64,000 nucleotides of DNA from Balanoglossus misakiensis (taxonomy: Eukaryota > Animalia > Hemichordata): assembly GCA_040954595.2 (NCBI GenBank), contig CM082576.2, positions 4,624,760 to 4,688,759 of the forward strand, written 5' to 3'. Within the stretch, counting starts at the first letter, position 1. The number at the start of each line of letters is the position of its first letter. A program made the position numbers and the translations under genes. A model generated the notes under the pieces. The model was given only the letters and a program-made list of their open reading frames with translations, did no database searches and was not told the DNA's origin. Below, piece by piece: positions 61,841 to 64,000 of this stretch.

Positions 61841-64000
61841 CTATATCAAAATCATTATGTCTTCAAGAGGCTTCCTCTTCAAATCAGGAACAAGACAGTC
61901 GTCTGCCGGATAGCCGACTGGAAGCAGCAGCAGAAGTTTCTCGCTGGACGGTCTTTGCACCAACTGACGAATAGTGGGCCCTGCATTCAACGGTGTCGAT
62001 GTAACGGTACACAAACCAGCGTTCTGTTATTTTGAAAAAAATCATCCATAAATGATGTTAATTTGGGAGAACAGTTATCAGTTTGTGCTTTTAGGGACCC
62101 ATACACACATGAATTTCCAGCTGTGATGTATGGAGAGCGGCATAATGAATAATTCAGGAGAGTTACAATAATCTGACAATGTGACATTTATTTTGATCAT
62201 CAATTTTTTAAATGATAGATTAACAGGTGTCAGAATATTTGATCTTTTATCTATTTTGCACTTTTGTATTTTTCGCAAAAAATGTTGCTAAGCAACCACT
62301 CAATGGTTTATGGGTAACAGTTTGTTTGCCAAGCTTTCATGAATAGCTGTTCTCATATCTATATTCAGTGGTTATTAATTCTTCCAGGGCAAATTGTGCT
62401 TTATATGACATCAAACAGGCTGGGTAATAATAAATCATAGAAATAAAAATCAGGATTTATTGAAATGAGAGCTAGGTCTAGTTATACCATAACCAACTTC
62501 AGATGCCTAGACTGTCAGGAACAAGGATATTATGGTGAGATAATGTACGTCATTCACAAGCACTTATTTCTTTTTTCATCCCAGAGCCTTTTTGTCTATC
62601 TGATACAAAGTTAGTCTAATAAGAACCGAGACACCTAAAACAATAACTAACTTGATCTCTTCAGGATCACACATGTTTTACCTGTAATGCTGTCAAGAGT
62701 ATACCGCAAGCAATGGACGCACTGATCCTGCTGTAGTAGTGGGGCTGCTTCTTGCCGTCTTTGGTCAGCCCGTGCACCTGCTCGAACGCCAGGATCAAAT
62801 ACGGCGCCTTCTCCAGATATGGCTTCTCCCAGTTGACCCTCAAAGGCGCCAGGTCGTTCACCCACTTGTCACCCATTCGCTGTCGGTAGTTGATCTCCTC
62901 CTCCGCCTCCACGATGGATCTGATTTCACATTTCAAGTCTGGGTCTTCTATCACCACGAACGTCCATGGTTGCATGTGGGCACCGCTGGGCGAAGTTCCT
63001 GAAAACAACCAGGCATAAATGACACAGCACATTTGTCACTTTAAACTACAGCCCAAAAAACAATGTTATGTAAACTGTTCACAGTCAGCTAAAGAAAAAT
63101 ATTACCATCATGAACAAAAAATTGTTACTTAATTATTCCATATGTCTAATTTCTTGGCATAAATGCTTAAAACTTTAATAGACAATGATTTAAGAAAAAA
63201 AACCATGCTAACACTGGGGGCATAAAACTGTTAATAATTAAGATGCATACACCTATTCCAATCTCGAAGTAAACTTTTATTTTAGAAGAGATTTTGTTAA
63301 AGTGGCAGTTTAGCTGTGTGTATCAATGACCTTTCAGAGGCAATGTATTCACACCGTCGACCCAGGCCAGCCAGGGAAAACTAAAATAGACAAATGAAGA
63401 ACCTATCTCTGACCACTGGTGGCGCTCTTCAACAATGAGCGTCCCTTTCCAGGTCTGAGATGAGTATTATTTCAATATACTATTATTTGCAACAGTTATC
63501 TCATTATTCTGAATAGTTTTTCACTGCAGAACGTGGGTGCGTACATACTTTTGGCGGGTCTGTATAATGATACGGTCCGTAGTCCTACTCGTGGAGGCCC
63601 TACTTGTACTAGATACTTGTACTATATACTGTCGTAGCCCAGGGTAACACTCAGAAAATGTGGGTCATGTCCTGGGGTCATGCATGTCACAATCAGTCGC
63701 GGGGTGCATGTGGGCTCCAAGTCTGCACAATACGCGCATAACGACCGGGGTGGAAAAATCAAGGATGAACAGTTTCACCTGATCTCTCAAGTATTACAAA
63801 ATTTACAATACTAACGTTGCAATCTGGCAGCACACCCGCTACATTGCTGCTAATGCTATAGACAATACCCACCTGCCGACTTAATGACATTTTGAATAGT
63901 CTCAAGAGGCACGGGCTTTTCACTGAAATGCCTCACGGTCCTTCGACGATTTATAGCACGGTAAAATTCAGCACTTCTTGTGATGGTTTCCTCTGGAGAA
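61841..64000 (-). CDS. IYD: Iodotyrosine deiodinase (FMN-dependent nitroreductase fold), 5'-truncated by the window end
   Basis: Exons >64000-63873, 62998-62682 and 62023-61841 join in phase: [30 protein letters not shown]|[61 protein letters not shown]|[48 protein letters not shown]. Confidence 0.95.

Noticed and set aside
1-64000. Prokaryotic-type systems (operons, CRISPR, defence islands), tRNA/rRNA, selenoprotein recoding
   Set aside because: The genes are spliceosomal-intron eukaryotic genes. No repeat-spacer arrays or structured RNA genes were recognised, and the reconstructed CDSs contain no in-frame TGA (IYD is a flavoprotein, not a selenoenzyme).

Overview
Eukaryotic, intron-containing animal DNA. 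Gene content and intron style suggest an invertebrate deuterostome (inference). No prokaryotic, CRISPR, rRNA or tRNA features were seen. I reconstructed six genes by hand from GT-AG boundaries and phase. (1) The 5'-truncated last exon of a large Ser/acidic/polyQ protein resembling a transcriptional regulator, with a ~4.3 kb 3' UTR. (2) A 9-exon peroxisomal acyl-CoA thioesterase/BAAT-family gene ending in -SKL. (3) A 9-exon, 1487-aa actin-like gene in which a divergent actin fold is fused behind a ~1114-aa extension. The extension carries an N-terminal hydrophobic anchor, clustered calcineurin-docking-like (LxVP/PxIxIT) motifs, four KSRFL repeats and an FFAT-like motif. This is the best candidate for an undescribed system. 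(4) An LRP11-like MANSC-LDLa-TM receptor on the minus strand. (5) A PPP1R14/CPI-17-family PP1 inhibitor, head-to-head with the LRP11-like gene. (6) The 3' part of iodotyrosine deiodinase (IYD) on the minus strand. LRP11-PPP1R14-IYD mirrors human 6q25.1. There is also a 1.07 kb PIF/Harbinger-type non-autonomous transposon, a hairpin element, microsatellites and a possible decayed follistatin/Kazal-like gene.
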